Shown: positions 37,189 through 50,029, counted from the first letter of the stretch. The stretch: DNA of 64,000 nucleotides from Hyaloraphidium curvatum SAG 235-1 (GCA_025558095.1 JAIVFI010000017.1:434001-498000); one strand, 5' to 3'. Numbers and translations: made by a program. The notes: generated by a model from the letters alone, not told the origin.

Positions 37189-37999
37189 TTACTGGCTTGA
37201 AATGTAAGGGAGCCGCTTCACCCAATCCGTCGACTCCATCTCTATCTGGTCGGCAAGCCACGCAGCAATGGAGGCCCGTCGGATTCCGCTCGCGCTTGAA
37301 GAACCCCCAACAGGTCCGGCATTCACAGCCGTGGCAGAACCTGGAACATGGCGAAATGTCAGCAGCCGCTTGCATGCGTGTGGCGTCGAGGTCACGAAGC
37401 GAACCATTGCTGAGCCACCCCACTCTAAAAAGCGTCCAGTCAAGATCCCTGAACGCTTCGTCCTCGTTGAAGAGCTTGCCAATCGCAACAAACTCTGCCT
37501 TGCCGGCTGGTGCGATCAATGATATCAGTCCAACGCTGATGCCTTTCCGGAGCCATTGTCAGAATGCCGTGCACGCGGAACTCGGGCAGATTGTCCAAAC
37601 TCACTGTTCAACAGCGAGAATCCGTCGGCAACGTCGGCGTATGAGGTCGTTCCCAGTGCGAAAATCCTCCTGACCCCCGTCTTCTTCATGGCGCTCGCGA
37701 CGTTCCGGTACCCGCCCGAGATTGACCCGGCAACGTGCCCCGTCAGCCCGCACGGGCCCGAGGAACGAAACCACCGCGTCGACCTTGCGCGACCCCATAG
37801 CTGCGCAGATGTCCTCTTCGCTTTCCAGGGTGCCGGCGATGGGGAAGAACGTGGAGGGGTGGGTCGTGGCGAGGTCGGGGCGGAATTTGGAGGCGTTGCG
37901 GGAGTATGCGACGACCGTGTGGCTCCGCGAAAGGAAGAGGTCGATTGCGATGCTGCCTGCGAGGCCGGTGCCGCCGAGGACGAAGATCGTTTTGGGCAT
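37189..37999 (-). pseudogene. NAD(P)-binding oxidoreductase (flavin reductase/BVR-B-like atypical SDR), apparent frameshift
   Basis: IFVLGGTGLAG, DAVVSFLGP; continuation YRNVASAMKKTGVRRIFALGT is in another frame at ~37750 with no plausible intron; LDWTLFRVG, IRRASIA. Confidence 0.7.
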
Positions 38000-38117
38000 T
38001 TGGAGTGCGGTTTCGATTAGTCGAGTCGATGCATGGGAAGGTAACGGGTAATTGAGACCTGGGAGCTTTCATAATCAAATCGACGTGTGAAACTCTCGTA
38101 ATCCACTGGTCACCAGC

Positions 38118-38204
38118 GGTACTGCTCGAGGGAGTTGCCAGGCGAGGGATTGGAGAGTGCACAAGGGGGCCTGTTTCGTTGCGGGGGGATGGGCGTGGAA
38201 GTGA
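38118..38204 (+). repeat. Degenerate second copy of the MYND 3' segment (direct repeat of 37004-37089)
   Basis: ggtactgctc.agggagt.gccaggcgagggattggag.g.gcacaaggggc.tgtttcgtt shared with 37004-37089. Confidence 0.85.
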
Positions 38205-38454
38205 CAAGGATTTCGGGCCGGGGTTGTTGCAGGAGAGACGTCGGTGAAGGTTCGCTGAGGGGAGGGCTCCCCGACGCACGCGGATGGACCGGGGAACAGT
38301 GTAGTATATAGGGCAAAGAGCAAGCGGTCCGCGTCGGCCGGACGGAGGGAGGGCACCAGGGCCCGGATCGCGTGCCCTTGCCGATGGGTGACGTGCCGAC
38401 AAGAGACCCTGGGAAACCTCGCCTCCCGAGTTCCCGCCTCGCATCGCCGCCGCC

Positions 38455-40363
38455 ATGGCAGCCGCCGCCGCCACCCTGTCCCCCGCGGCGGTCCCCGACG
38501 TCCCGCCGGTCGACGTGCTCGGCGATGAGGACGACGAGGTGCTGGAGCTGTACACCGCGGAACCGAAGAGCGTCGTCGGCCGGCTGTGGGACGCCGCGGG
38601 GTCGCTCGTCGGGGGCGCGATGCGGATGGCGGGGTTCGGGAAGGTGCAGGGCGCCGAGACGCTGCAGGAGCTGGCGGAGAGAAAGTGTGGGTGGCACGCC
38701 GCAGGGGGGGACGTCCCCCACCCGGGGACGGAAGCGTCTGGCCGGATGCCGGGGGCGTCCCCGTCCTCAAGCCGTGGAACACAAACGGGCACTGACCAAG
38801 ATTTTGCCACGGTTCAGACAACGAGATGATGGCCCGCGTCAAGGCGCACTTCCGCCGCGCCATCCTCTCCTTCCCCGTCGACCTCGACTACCCCGTCTTC
38901 CAGCTGGCCCAGGGCGGCGCCAACGGCGGCATCAGCATGTACGACGTGCTCCCCGCCGCGCTGCAGCCCGACGACCCGCTCGCCGAGCGGATGAAGAGCA
39001 TCGAGTCGACCTCGACGCTGCTCTGGCTGCTGGACCGGGTGATCCCCGTCACCAGCTGGGCCGTGCAGATGATCACGGCGGTGCCCAAGCGGCTGGCACA
39101 GGTGCTGGTCGTGGACATGGCGCTGATGAGGGAGGCGGCGAGCAGGTCGGCGTTCAAGGCCATCGTGGCGTACAAGCAGCTCACCGGGGCCGAGGGCGGC
39201 GAGGCCAAGAACGAGGTCAAGGCCGCGGAGGAGGAGAAGGCGCCGGCGCACGAGGCACCGCGGGACATCACCGCGCTGATCGACACGGGCAGCGTGGACG
39301 ATGCATGGACGGACGAGCTGACGGCCCACTTTGCCGGCCCAAAGCACATGTTCAGCGACGTCTACATGGGCGTGCCCTGGGCCGACACGGCCGACGGCAG
39401 GCGCGGGCTGGCGGTGCAGAAGGTGCTCAACGACCTGCAATTCGGCAAGGCCGCCTACGCCTACGCCCCGGCGGGCAAGCCGGCGGCGGAGCTCAAGACC
39501 GTGGACGACTTCGTCGGCCTCCTCAAGACCCTCGGCTTCCGCCCTTCGACCTACCTCAACGTTCGCATCGCCGACTTCCTCGACCTGCACACGATCAAGG
39601 GCCTCGAGCCGCCCGCAGAGGGCGCCTCGCCGCGCAAGACCGACTGGGCCAAGATCGACATCAAGGACATCGTCACGCCCGTGCTTGTGCTCATCCACGG
39701 GGAAGACAAGAAGGCGAAACCGTACCTGTTTCCGTGCATGCACAGCGAGTGGCACCTCGTGTGGACGCATCCGAAAGGCGCGTTCAACCTGGGCACACGG
39801 TTCTTCCACGGTCGGTCGCACCGGCCTTGCCTCGCTCCTGTATCTGACGATCCCGACCACCAGACATGTTCGCTGGCGCCCAGTTCCACCCCCGCAACGC
39901 GTGGGGCCTCCCCTGCTGGATCCAGAACCGCGAGTTTCTCGAGCGGTCCTCGTGGGAGGACCTCGATAAGGTGCTCGCGCGGGCGAGGCTCTACATCGAA
40001 AACATTACCAAGCTGGACCTCGGCCCAAACGGCGGCTACGGCCTTGTGGGGGTCTGCCAGGACTCGGCGGCCTTTGTCGAGCACGGGGTCTACGGGACCA
40101 TCACGCCGCCGCTCATCTCGGGCGAGCCGGGGGCGCGCAAGTGGGTCGTCGGGAAGGAGCCCGCGCTGGCGGACCTGCTGGCGCTGCCCGACGACGTGGA
40201 GCCGTCGCACGACCACCTGGTCCGGCTCGCGGCGTCGTTCCCGAGGATCTGCGGAGGGGTGAGGGTGCTCGAGGACACCAGGGATCGGCTGGTGAAGGAG
40301 GGCTTCAAGGTGCCCGAGGACGTGATGCCCAAGGCGGCGGCGACCGGTGAAGCCGCGCCGTGA
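38455..40363 (+). CDS. Hypothetical globular protein, 2 introns
   Basis: Strong coding codon bias; exons 38455-~38686, ~38819-39810, ~39864-40363; C-terminal GGYGLVGVCQDS motif; no family recognised. Confidence 0.7.
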
Positions 40364-40456
40364 GGCTTCGACCGTCGATTTGCAGTGAGCTGCCCCGGGC
40401 AGCTATAGCTTTACTTAATCGGTACTGAGTTATAGAGAATTGAATATCGGATCCCG

Positions 40457-41603
40457 TCACTTGGGCTCCGGCGCCGCGGCCGCAGGCGCCGCCGTCGGCT
40501 CCTCCACGATCGTCTCCACCACCGTGACCACTTCCTCTTCGTGCGCGGCCGCGACGCCGCCGGGGTTCTCCGTGTATCCCGTTTTGAGCTCGTGCTGCCG
40601 CCCGGACCAGTACCCGTCGCCGTAGCTGACGGTGACCTCCTCGTCGGGCTTGAGCGCGCGGCTGGTGACGTAGACGACGTGCCAGAGGTTCCGCCAGGGG
40701 ACCATCTCCACGCTCGTGTCTGTCCAAAACAAGTGGTCAGACTGGGAAGGGTCGGCCGACGCGAATGGGCGAACGCACTGGGAACCTCGTCGTGGTTCGA
40801 GTAGCGGAGGTAGTTACCCTTGTGCCAGGCATCCAGCGACAGGCCGATGGGGTTCCCATTCTCGTCCTTGATCTGCTGGTCCGAGTTGTAGTGCCACGAG
40901 TACCGCGACCCGACCGACTGGTTCGTCACGACGCCCGCGTACACGCCGATGGGCGTTCCGACGGGGATGCCGACGCTCGCGAAGCTGGAAGCCGCGCGGT
41001 TGACGCCTGTCAGCGCGACTCCTCGGCGAGGAGCCGTTCGGCAAACACCCACAGCCCGTAGCCCCGCTCCGGCCCCGTCCAGGCGATGTACAGCCGCTCG
41101 TCGCCCTCGAATCCCTGCTCCAGGAAGGGCCCGTACATTTTCTCCTTGCCCTCGTTGCCCTCGATGTCGTCCTTGTAGCTCTGGTCGTTGCGGATGTCGT
41201 GCGCGGCGATGATGTCGGCCAGGATGGGGTCGACGGTGGTGTTGTAGATGGGCTCGACGCCCATGAGCGAGACAAAGTCCTTGTAGGTGTACTTGATGTG
41301 CGGCGGGGCTGCCGGCGCGGCCGGCTCGGGAGCCTTGGGCGCCGCGAGCAGGTGCTCCGGGAAGCGCACCTCGACGACGATGGGCGTGCTCTGCACGGGC
41401 ATTCAGCCCAACCCAGTGGCCACTCCGCGAATTCCCACCGTCCTGAGCAGCCACACGAGGGCGGCCAGCAGCAGCGCGTGCGCGGGGCGGATGCCGCCGA
41501 AGAACCAGTCGAGCCCGTCGTCGTCGCGGCGCCGCATCCTGGGCGCGTCCTCGGGCGGCGGCGTCGGCTCGAGCTGCTTGCGCGGCGGGGCAAGCTTTTC
41601 CAT
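40457..41603 (-). CDS. SET-domain protein with N-terminal transmembrane helix, 3 introns
   Basis: RGYGL|FA, IGVYAG, LDAWHKGNYLRYSNH, EEVTVSYGDGYW; hydrophobic HALLLAALVWLL upstream. Confidence 0.8.
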
Positions 41604-41800
41604 GCCGCGCGGGGCGGCGGGAGGAGGGCGGTGGGAATCGAGCGTGCTGCGGCGTGTCCGTCAACGCAGCACCCACGGAAGGTGCTGCGTCAGTCAGCCA
41701 GTTGAGGTAGGACGAATGGACAGGCTAGGCGTTAGACACAGCGTCTTAGACTGAGAAAGTTACATGTAGCTCTGCATACGTGCCGTGCCCGCGGCCTTTT

Positions 41801-43590
41801 TCACCTCCGCCTTCCCACTTCGACCCTGATCCCTCCCCTGCCCGCTCCGATCGCAACGGCAACGGCGACGCCCGCGACGAGGAACGGAGTGCTCCACTCC
41901 AGCACGTCGTGCACCGTCTGCAGCACCGTGAGGAAGGATGATCCCGAGGAGCCCGCGGCAGCCGCGGCGGGACGGAGCTCGATCGCTTCCGACTTCCGCT
42001 CCTCCCCGGCCTGCTCGGCCTCCACGGCGTGCGCGACCCGGGCCGCGGGCGCAGCATCCATCGCGTCCTCCACCTCGGTTATCTTTGCTGGCAGCGCAGC
42101 CGCCGGCACCCTGGCCTTGGGCTTCCATCCGGGCCCGGCGAGCCCTTCGCGCCAGAGCCTGCTACCGTCGTCCTCCTTCCACCCCGCCTTCTTCATCACC
42201 GAGAACATGGTGCCCACCGACTTGGGCACCGCCTTGCCGGCGACGAAGTTGACCACCCACCCGGGCACGCTGCCCCCGGGGTTGAGGTCCGCGATCTGCA
42301 GGGACCGCGTGCCGCCGTTGGGCAGCCTGGTAAAGATGCGGCCGGCGACGCTGGTCGTCATGCGCACGACGCCCTTGGGGTTCGGGGCGCGCGAGTGCTG
42401 CACCGACTTGGTGACGTGCAGGAAGCCCTGGGGCTCGCCTTCGCCCGAGAAATCGCTGGGGTAGGGGGCCAGGTGCGAGAGGAGCACAACGTCGCGCGCG
42501 GCGGTCGGCCACACGGGCTTGGCGCGGAGGTATTCGATGCGGGTCATGCGGTCCAGCACCTCGAGGATGTCGACGGCGTCAACCATTTCATCCCAGTTGA
42601 CGCGGGACGAGATGTCGGCGGACGTGTCCAGGGTCACTCCGATCGGCGTCGGGAGGTCGTACATGACCTGTGGGACAACGCATGCGAAAGCGTTTAGTCT
42701 GAGAACCCAATTTTCTCGACGCCGCATCCCACCTTGAAGCACCACTCGCCCTTCTTGTACTTCCAAACCTTGATCTCCACGCCGCTCTCGTTAACATTGG
42801 CGACCGAATCCCATTGCGATTCGTCCGTGTCCGTGGCGAGCCTCAGGAACTCGTTGACCATGGGCGGGACTTCCGCCAGGAGCGGGTGCTCCGGGGCCGC
42901 CACCGCGGTCTCGTCCGATGCCGTCGAAGTCGACGGCGACACCTCGGCCACCTGTGGGGCAGCGGCCGGCGGGGCCGGGGCGGGTGCGGCGGCGAAAACG
43001 ACCGGTGCTCCGCCCCTTTCCCTTGCCAACTCAGCCAGTGCCTCGTCCAGCTTCTCCGAGTCGCTCTTCTCGACGGTGAAGCCCGCGAACCGGCCGAACA
43101 GGGTCCACCCGTCCGGGAGCCCAAAGATGTTGTGGAACCAGCCGACGACGGCGACCACGAGCCACAGGATTTCGTTCTTGCTCGGCTGCACGATGTAGCC
43201 GTCGGCGCCGACCACCGGGTAGGGGAACAGGTACGAGAGCTGCAGTATCAACACCGGGACCCCCAGCAGGAGCAGCTGCGGCAGGGGGAACGGGAGCCGC
43301 ATGTCGGGAATCGAGGCCAGGAACCCGCCGCCACTGCGCTTGGCGGCGCCGCCTGACTCGCGGAAGCGCTGGCGGAGCATCAGGGCGTTGGGCGCGGGGG
43401 CCGCCCCGGGGCCGCTGAGCGGGACCGGGGCCGGCGGGGGCCGCGGGCGGCTGCGCGCCTCCTTCTGCCGCGCGGCGAGGGCCGCAGTCTCCTTTGCGAG
43501 GTACGCGCTGGCTTCGGGCCCGCTGCTGTGGTGGAAGCCGTACTTGGCGGCGCGGGACTGGGCGGCGAGGAACTTCTCGCGTCCGCTCAT
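41801..43590 (-). CDS. START-domain lipid-binding protein with membrane segments
   Basis: RVNWDEMV, KPVWPTAARDVVLL, SVQHSRAPNPKGVVRM, DLNPGGSVPGWVVN; N- and C-terminal hydrophobic helices; 1 intron. Confidence 0.85.
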
Positions 43591-43906
43591 CCCCCGTCCG
43601 GCGACGCCGGCGAGCACCCGCAGGCCACTGATGCGGCCTGAATGCGGCGTAAACTGCCGCAAATGCCCGGTCCGGAGCCGGTTTTGGTGCTCGGGCCCCT
43701 GTCGGTGCTTGGGTGGCAAGTTGTAAAAACAGGCGAAACGCCAGGACCAATAGACTCGGAACCGAACAACCGCGCTCGATCGGGCTATTTGGGACGATCC
43801 ATGGCATTCTCGACCCTTCAAAACGTACAATCTATCGAGCCCCGCAAACCCTGTGCGGAACTCCCGGATATCAAGGCATCAAAACCCCAACCGATCGGGA
43901 ACCCGC

Positions 43907-46313
43907 TCAACCCCACACGTCGCGCCTGAACCCGCCGCGCTCCGCCCTCTTTTCCATCCAGAACTCGACGCCCTCGCCCTTGCCGGCCTCCCACCCCTCG
44001 CATTCCTCGAAGATCTCGCCCAGGGCGGCGAGCACGCCCTTGCCCATCGTCTTGGCGTCGCCGCACGTGTAGACGACCGAGCTTTCGTCCTTCAGGAAGG
44101 CGTGCACGTCCTTGCCGTGCGCACGCAGCGCGTGCTGCACGTAGCGCATCTCTGCGTCCGCCGGCGGCGCCGCAGAAAGCTCCGACCGCTCGGGCTCGCG
44201 CGAGTAGACCACGTCCAGGCGGTCGAGCACGCCCTGCTCGCGCATCGCCCGCAGCTCGTCCAGGTAGACGGCGTCGCCGTCGCCCCCGGGAAACCTGCAC
44301 CCGTAGACGAGCCACCACTTGCCGCGCTTCCCTCCGCGGACGCGCTGCTGCAGGAACCCGCGGAAGGGCGTGATGCCCGTGCCGGTCGCGACCAGCAGCA
44401 CGTTGTGCTCCTCCTCGTCCGCCGGGGGCTCGAAGTTGGTGTGCGCCACGCGGGGGAACACGGGGACCTTGCCGCCGCCGGCGACGGCCAGGGCTTCGAG
44501 GAAGCCGGATGCGATGCCGCGGCGCGGGGATCCCCAGGAGGTCGTCCACTCCTGCTCGTTGAATGCGATGCGGCAGCCCGATGCGCCCTCCAACGGAGAG
44601 CCGGCGAAGGAGTAGTTCCGGGGCTGCAGTCGAGCAGCGTGCTCGACGAGCGCGGCCAGGAGCTGTGCCGTCTTTTCCGCCGGCGGCACGCACGACGGGA
44701 AGCACGACAAAACGTCCAAAAGAGTCGCACCGCACGTCTTGAGCGCACGGTAGGCGTTGATCCCCTCCTTGCTGCACAGGAACAGAAGGCGCTTGCGGTC
44801 GTCCTTGACCGTGGCCATATCCGCGAGCAGGCGCAGCACCGACTTTGTCGGGAACTGCGGCAGGTCCACCAACCACGTCAGCAGAGACCGCACCGTGAGC
44901 ATCGGTTCCTTCTCGCCCGTGATCGGGAACGGGTGGTGCTCCGGCCCGAGCCCGGCGTGCTCCGATCCGCGGATCACGACCTCGACATCCGCATCCTCTA
45001 TGCACAAGATGCGGATGATGCCGGCGACGAGCTCGGGAGGGTTCGGTGCGAGCACCGCCAGCGCGTCGCCGGCCTGCCAGCTCCACGGGACCTGCTCCAG
45101 GCCGACCTCGTGCACGGGCTGCGGCGCCCGGTCGCCGGTAAGGATGCGGTGCGTGGTGATGCGGGCCAAAAAGGGGTTGCTGTGCGACGCGGCAGCCGAG
45201 GGGCTGCTGCGGAAGGGGTACGGGTGCGGCTCGTGCGTGCGGCCGGTGTGCTGCAGCGAGACGCCGGAAGCGGGGGATTTGGTGACGTTGGTGAGCTGCT
45301 TAAACTTGCTCAGCTGCGCGTCAAAGTTGACCAGGGCATCGAAGCTGGTCAGGGGCCGGAAGTAGTCCGCGGCCGCGGGAACGGTGAAGGCTGCGCGCTG
45401 CACGGCCTCGACCGAGGGCGTGCGGGAAGCGATGGGCGGCGTGGGCGCCCGGAACTCGGGTGCCAGCGGCGGGAAGGTGAGCGGAGGTGCGATGTCGACA
45501 ACGGGGCTGACGCGGCCGTTGGACACCACGCCGAGCGGGATCTCGGCGGGCGGCGCGGCGGCCTTTTCGCCCTCCTCCTTCTTCCTGGCGGCCGCAAACG
45601 ATGCGAATGCGCTCAGAGCGTCCCGTTTCGGGCTCGTGCCGATCGATTTGAGGGCGGCGACCTTGACCGGGTCCCTCCAAACAAGGTCGGGCAGGATGTG
45701 CCACAGGTTGGCGATCCACGGGTCAACGACGGCCTCGATGCTGGAATTGCGGGTGCAGAGCAATGAAAGGAAGGGCAAAGAATGCAGGAAAGTGGGCGGA
45801 GGCGGCCGGTCAGGGGTGTGCGCGGGGCGGCGAGCTTCCGATGGATTCTCACCCCGTGGCATCGTCTGCCCAGCCCCGCTCAGCGACGCACTTCATGCCG
45901 CACTTTTGCAGCTCCCTGTCGAGCCGCTTAGCGCCGCCGCAGAAGTTGTCGTAGTTTGTGTCGCCCAGGCCGAGCAGCACGTAGTCCCGGCCCTCGAGCG
46001 CGGCCCGCTTGGGGTCGCGCTTGAGGAAGCGATAGAACTTCGTGCCGTTGTCGGGCACATCGCCGTCGCCGGTCGTCGAGCACACCAGCACGAGCAGCGG
46101 CGGCGGGGCGTCGGCGGCGAACGCCGCGTCGAAGTTCGGCACGCCCTTCGGCGGCCGCGCGATGAAGTCGTCCGCCGACGCGCACGCGGCGTCGAAGCCG
46201 CGGCGCGCCGCCGCCTCCTCGCGGATGTGCCGCGCGATCCACTCGGCGTTGCCGGTCTGCGAGGCGTACAGCACGAGCAGCGCGCGGTTGCGCGGGGGCC
46301 CGGGGAGCGTCAT
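43907..46313 (-). CDS. MTRR: Methionine synthase reductase-like diflavin oxidoreductase
   Basis: YASQTGNAE, STTGDGDVPDN, GLGDTNYDNFC, ADDATG|IEAVVDPW, LLFLCSKEG, LQPRNYS, TGTGITPFRGF, YTCGDAKTM, DVW end. Confidence 0.82.
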
Positions 46314-46484
46314 GGCGGAGTTTGGTGGGAGAAGCGTTTCGGAAGCGTTCGGGTGCTGGTCTTTGCCACCAGCCCTGGGAGTCAAAATCCGCGCCACCGC
46401 TCGGTTCCGATCATTCAGGCGGCGTCCGCATCGCTCGATCGAGGGCAATCGGACCCTTGGGCGGCATCCAATGTGCCTCCCGCA

Positions 46485-47264
46485 ATGTCGGACGACGAGG
46501 ACAGCGACCTCTGGGTCCGCCGCGTCACCATCCCTGGCACCACCTGCTTCCTGACCATTAGGGAGGACTTTGCCGGGCCGTCGGGCCTCGGAGGAACAAT
46601 CTGGGACCCCTCATTTATCCTCCTCGATGTGCTCGCCGCGAATGCCGCGGCCTGGAAGCTCAATACGCTTCGGGTCGCCGAACTTGGTTCCGGCCTCGGA
46701 GCTCTGGGGCTCGGCGCGTCCGCCCTTGGAGCCCCGGAAGTCCTCCTGACCGAGCGAGGCGAGGACATGCTCGAAATGCTGCAGTACAACGTCTCGGAGA
46801 ACCAGCTTTCGGGGGTACCTGGCCCCGGAGGGCTTCCGAAGATCGACGTCGCCGAGTTGGACTGGCTCGAAGCGAGCTTGGAACCCGATACCCACCTCGC
46901 GCCGCTCGTCGAGCGCCCGTTCGACCTGGTGCTCGCTGCAGAGTGCCTTTACGACCCCTCCATCGTGCTGCCTTTCCTGCGGGTCGCCGAGGCGCTGGCC
47001 TACGGCATCCCTCCTGATCCCGATCGGGAACCCATCATCCTCGTCTGCGGGGTCATTTCCGACGCTGCCTGGGCGTCATTTTCGGCGGCAGTCCCGGAAA
47101 ACGCCGCCGAAGGAGCCGAATGGGTGCGCGTGGAGGTGCCCGTGCCGGAGCTCTCGGACGCCGGCGCCGTGGTGGGCACCAGGGAGATACAGAGGCCGGA
47201 TCGCAAGTGCTGGCGGCTATATCGGCTGTTTCCTTCTTCCTCCCATGGTTCTGCGATACCCTAG
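46485..47264 (+). CDS. METTL21/EFM-family (Methyltransf_16) protein lysine methyltransferase, intronless
   Basis: GGTIWD, VAELGSGLGALG, ELDW, FDLVLAAECLY. Confidence 0.88.
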   Translation: MSDDEDSDLWVRRVTIPGTTCFLTIREDFAGPSGLGGTIWDPSFILLDVLAANAAAWKLNTLRVAELGSGLGALGLGASALGAPEVLLTERGEDMLEMLQYNVSENQLSGVPGPGGLPKIDVAELDWLEASLEPDTHLAPLVERPFDLVLAAECLYDPSIVLPFLRVAEALAYGIPPDPDREPIILVCGVISDAAWASFSAAVPENAAEGAEWVRVEVPVPELSDAGAVVGTREIQRPDRKCWRLYRLFPSSSHGSAIP

Positions 47265-47321
47265 TTTCAGCGCTCTGTGATCTATTCTGCTTTAATCAAT
47301 AATCTTCGTCTACTTCGTGAT

Positions 47322-48305
47322 CTAGTTGGCCAGGAACGATCCGTCGCCAAAGTTCTCCGACAAGTCCCGCCGAGGCGCTTGCCCCTTTCTTTGCTTGACG
47401 TAGAGCGCCGTCGCCGCGTCCAGCCCGCCGTCCGCGATGATCACTTGGCCGCTGTCGCCAAATCAGCCTTTTCGGAAGGGTCCATCCTCCAAACACCCAC
47501 TTGACGTACGACGACTCGTCGCTCGCGAGGAATAGCGCCACGTCCGCCATCTCCTCCGGCCTCCCGACCCTCCCGACGCCCGGTGCGCGGCTAACGTACT
47601 CGTCCTCGGCCGCGGCCGGTCCCGTCATGTTGGTCGCGATGAAACCCGGTGCGAGCGTGTTGAAACGCACTCCCCTGTGGCGGGGACCTAGCTGATACGA
47701 CGCGCAGTTGACAAGCTGGTGCGCTGCGGCCTTGGAGGCCGAGTAATCCGCGCTGATCCGTTTGCCTTCGGAGGTACCAGCCACGGAGCCGCAGACGATC
47801 ACGGAACCCGACGGGGCGGGTTTCGAGGGGGACGTGACGCACATGGCCGGCGTCGCGTGCTTGATGGCAAGGAAAGGGTGGAGGATGTTGACCTGTCGCC
47901 AGTCTCTGCTGTCAATCGGCCCCGGAACCGCTGTTCGGCGCCACCCACGTTCAAGGTCTCCTGAAAATCGCTCAGATCCATGCCCGTCAAGGACACTTTG
48001 TCGAGATTCGTCCCCCCGTGGCCCGCATTGGCGAAGAACACGTCCAGGCGTCCCCATTTCTCCAAGCAGTGGGCCACGAGCCTCTCCGTGTCCGGCTCGC
48101 TCGCCGCATCCGCGATAAAGTGTTCGCAATCGACTCCGACACCGCGAATCTCCTCGGCTAGTTCTTTGATCCCCTCGGGCCGCCGGCCGACCACCACCAG
48201 CGCGCGCGGGTTCTCGTCCGCGAACCGGCGCGCGCTGGCCGCGCCGATGCCGCTAGGGTGTCCGCATCCCGTGATAACGGCGACCTTGCCGTCCAACCGG
48301 CCCAT
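47322..48305 (-). CDS. Short-chain dehydrogenase/reductase, 2 introns
   Basis: MGRLDGKVAVITG, FFANAG, YSASKAA, PGFIATNM, FLASDESSYV|NGQVIIADGG. Confidence 0.9.
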
Positions 48306-48427
48306 ACTGGCAGAGAAAGGGCTCGAGGAGGTGCTGCTGAGTGAGCAAGCGATGGAGATTGACGGCAGTGTTGATCGCGTCGATCGCGTGGCGATCGCGG
48401 AGGCGCTCTTCGTCCTCGATCGATCAT

Positions 48428-49866
48428 CTATTGCGGCGAAGCGACAAGATGGCTCCTCGCAAACTCCACCAGCCTCTCCCTGAGCAGGATGTCGGGTCTG
48501 TCCGCTCCCGCCCCCGGTTCGCCTTCCACAAGGCCAGCAACCCGCTCCCTTGCCTGCCTGCCGAGGGCGAGCGCGGCTTCCACCATGCCGGAAAGGTCCT
48601 CCCATGGCTCCTCTGCGGCGCGTTTGCGCTGGCCCTTGGGGTCGACCGGGAGGAGGAGGGGGGCGATCGGGGGCTTTTCGGGGGGCAGGACGAACTCCGT
48701 GCCGGCGATCATGACCGTCAGGGGGCGCGAGAGGTCGACGTCCTTGCTGGAAGTCGTAAGGTGCGTGAGATGCCTCATAATCCGCGTGAAACCCCTGTCG
48801 CAAAGGAATTGAGCCGGGGTAGCAGGGGCTCCGAAGGCGCCCCACCTCCGGAGGATGTCGGTGCAGTGCGCGCGCGAGTTCCTCGGATCCTTGCCCTTCT
48901 TGGTCCACTTCGGTTTCTGCGGGGTCGTTTTCCCGTCCGGCTCGCCGCCGCCCGGTGCGGTCGGTCCGAAGTGCACCTGCTTGCCCTGCTCCTTTGGTTT
49001 GGCGGGGGACGGCGCAGGTGCGTCCGCCTCCATCAGCAGCCTGGTACCACTAGCGAAAGCACATGCGACGTGCGGTGCAACAGGATCGGGTTTGGGATCG
49101 AGCGGAGGCAGCGAGATGAGGGAAATGGAGGTGTGGTCGACCAGGTAGGTTTTCTGCGCCAGCCACGGGGAGGTTGCCGCGGTCTGGTCGGCATCGGAAG
49201 GCGGGGGAGTGTTGAGGGTGAGGAACAGCAACGCGCGGTAAGGATGGACGTGAAGGGCGTAGCGGAACTGCGGAAGCAACCGTCAAGGTCCGAGCGCCGC
49301 CCTCGCGGCGTGGAACCCACTCTGGTTACGTCCTTGGCGGAGTTGTTAGCTTGCGGCTCCAAAGGTACGACCACCCGGCTATTCCGCTTGGTACTCGCGT
49401 ATTTTGGCGCCTTCCCGGGCTTTGCGGGCGGAGCGGGGGCAAGCTCCGCGGCAGGCTCGGACCGTGGAGCGAACCGCAGAATCAGGGGCACCGCCCTCGC
49501 CCCGTCCTGCTTCTTCGGCGTCCTTTGTTTCGCCGACACCTGCGACGGAGCGGCGCTCTGCCCGGTCGCGGGCCCCGAGAGCGACGACTGCGACGTGACG
49601 CCGGTCCCCTGTTTGGCGTTCCCCGGCCTCGGTCCATCGAGCGACGCGGCGAACCGGAGCGTGCCGCGCAGCATCGCCCTGCATGCGGGCGGCTTCCGTG
49701 CGGCCTGCGACGGCGCGGCCGGGGAGCTCCCGCGGCTCGTGCGCCGCTTCTTTGCAGGGCGGTCCCCGTCCGCGGCCCCGTCGCCCGGCGCGTCCGAGGA
49801 GCCCGCGCCGACCGGCACGAGCTCCCGCAGCCACGGTTGGCATTTGAGAAAGGTGTCCAGGTCCAT
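48428..49866 (-). CDS. Hypothetical protein, 1 intron
   Basis: ORFs 49033-50475 and 48428-49279 join via GTGGGT..CCGCAG (~49322-49269); probable start MDLDTFLKCQPW; no domain recognised. Confidence 0.5.
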
Positions 49867-50029
49867 CTCCGGCAAGAGAGGAGCCTCGTACCGCTCGGCT
49901 GTCTCCGGATAAGCGCGGGCCGATCGAAGCCGCCCTGGACTTTTTCCTGAACTTGCTGACGGTTGCGGACGGAGGTGCCCGCACTGCCCGGGACACGGTC
50001 GACGTGCGCGCCGCGGTCGGCTTGGGCAC

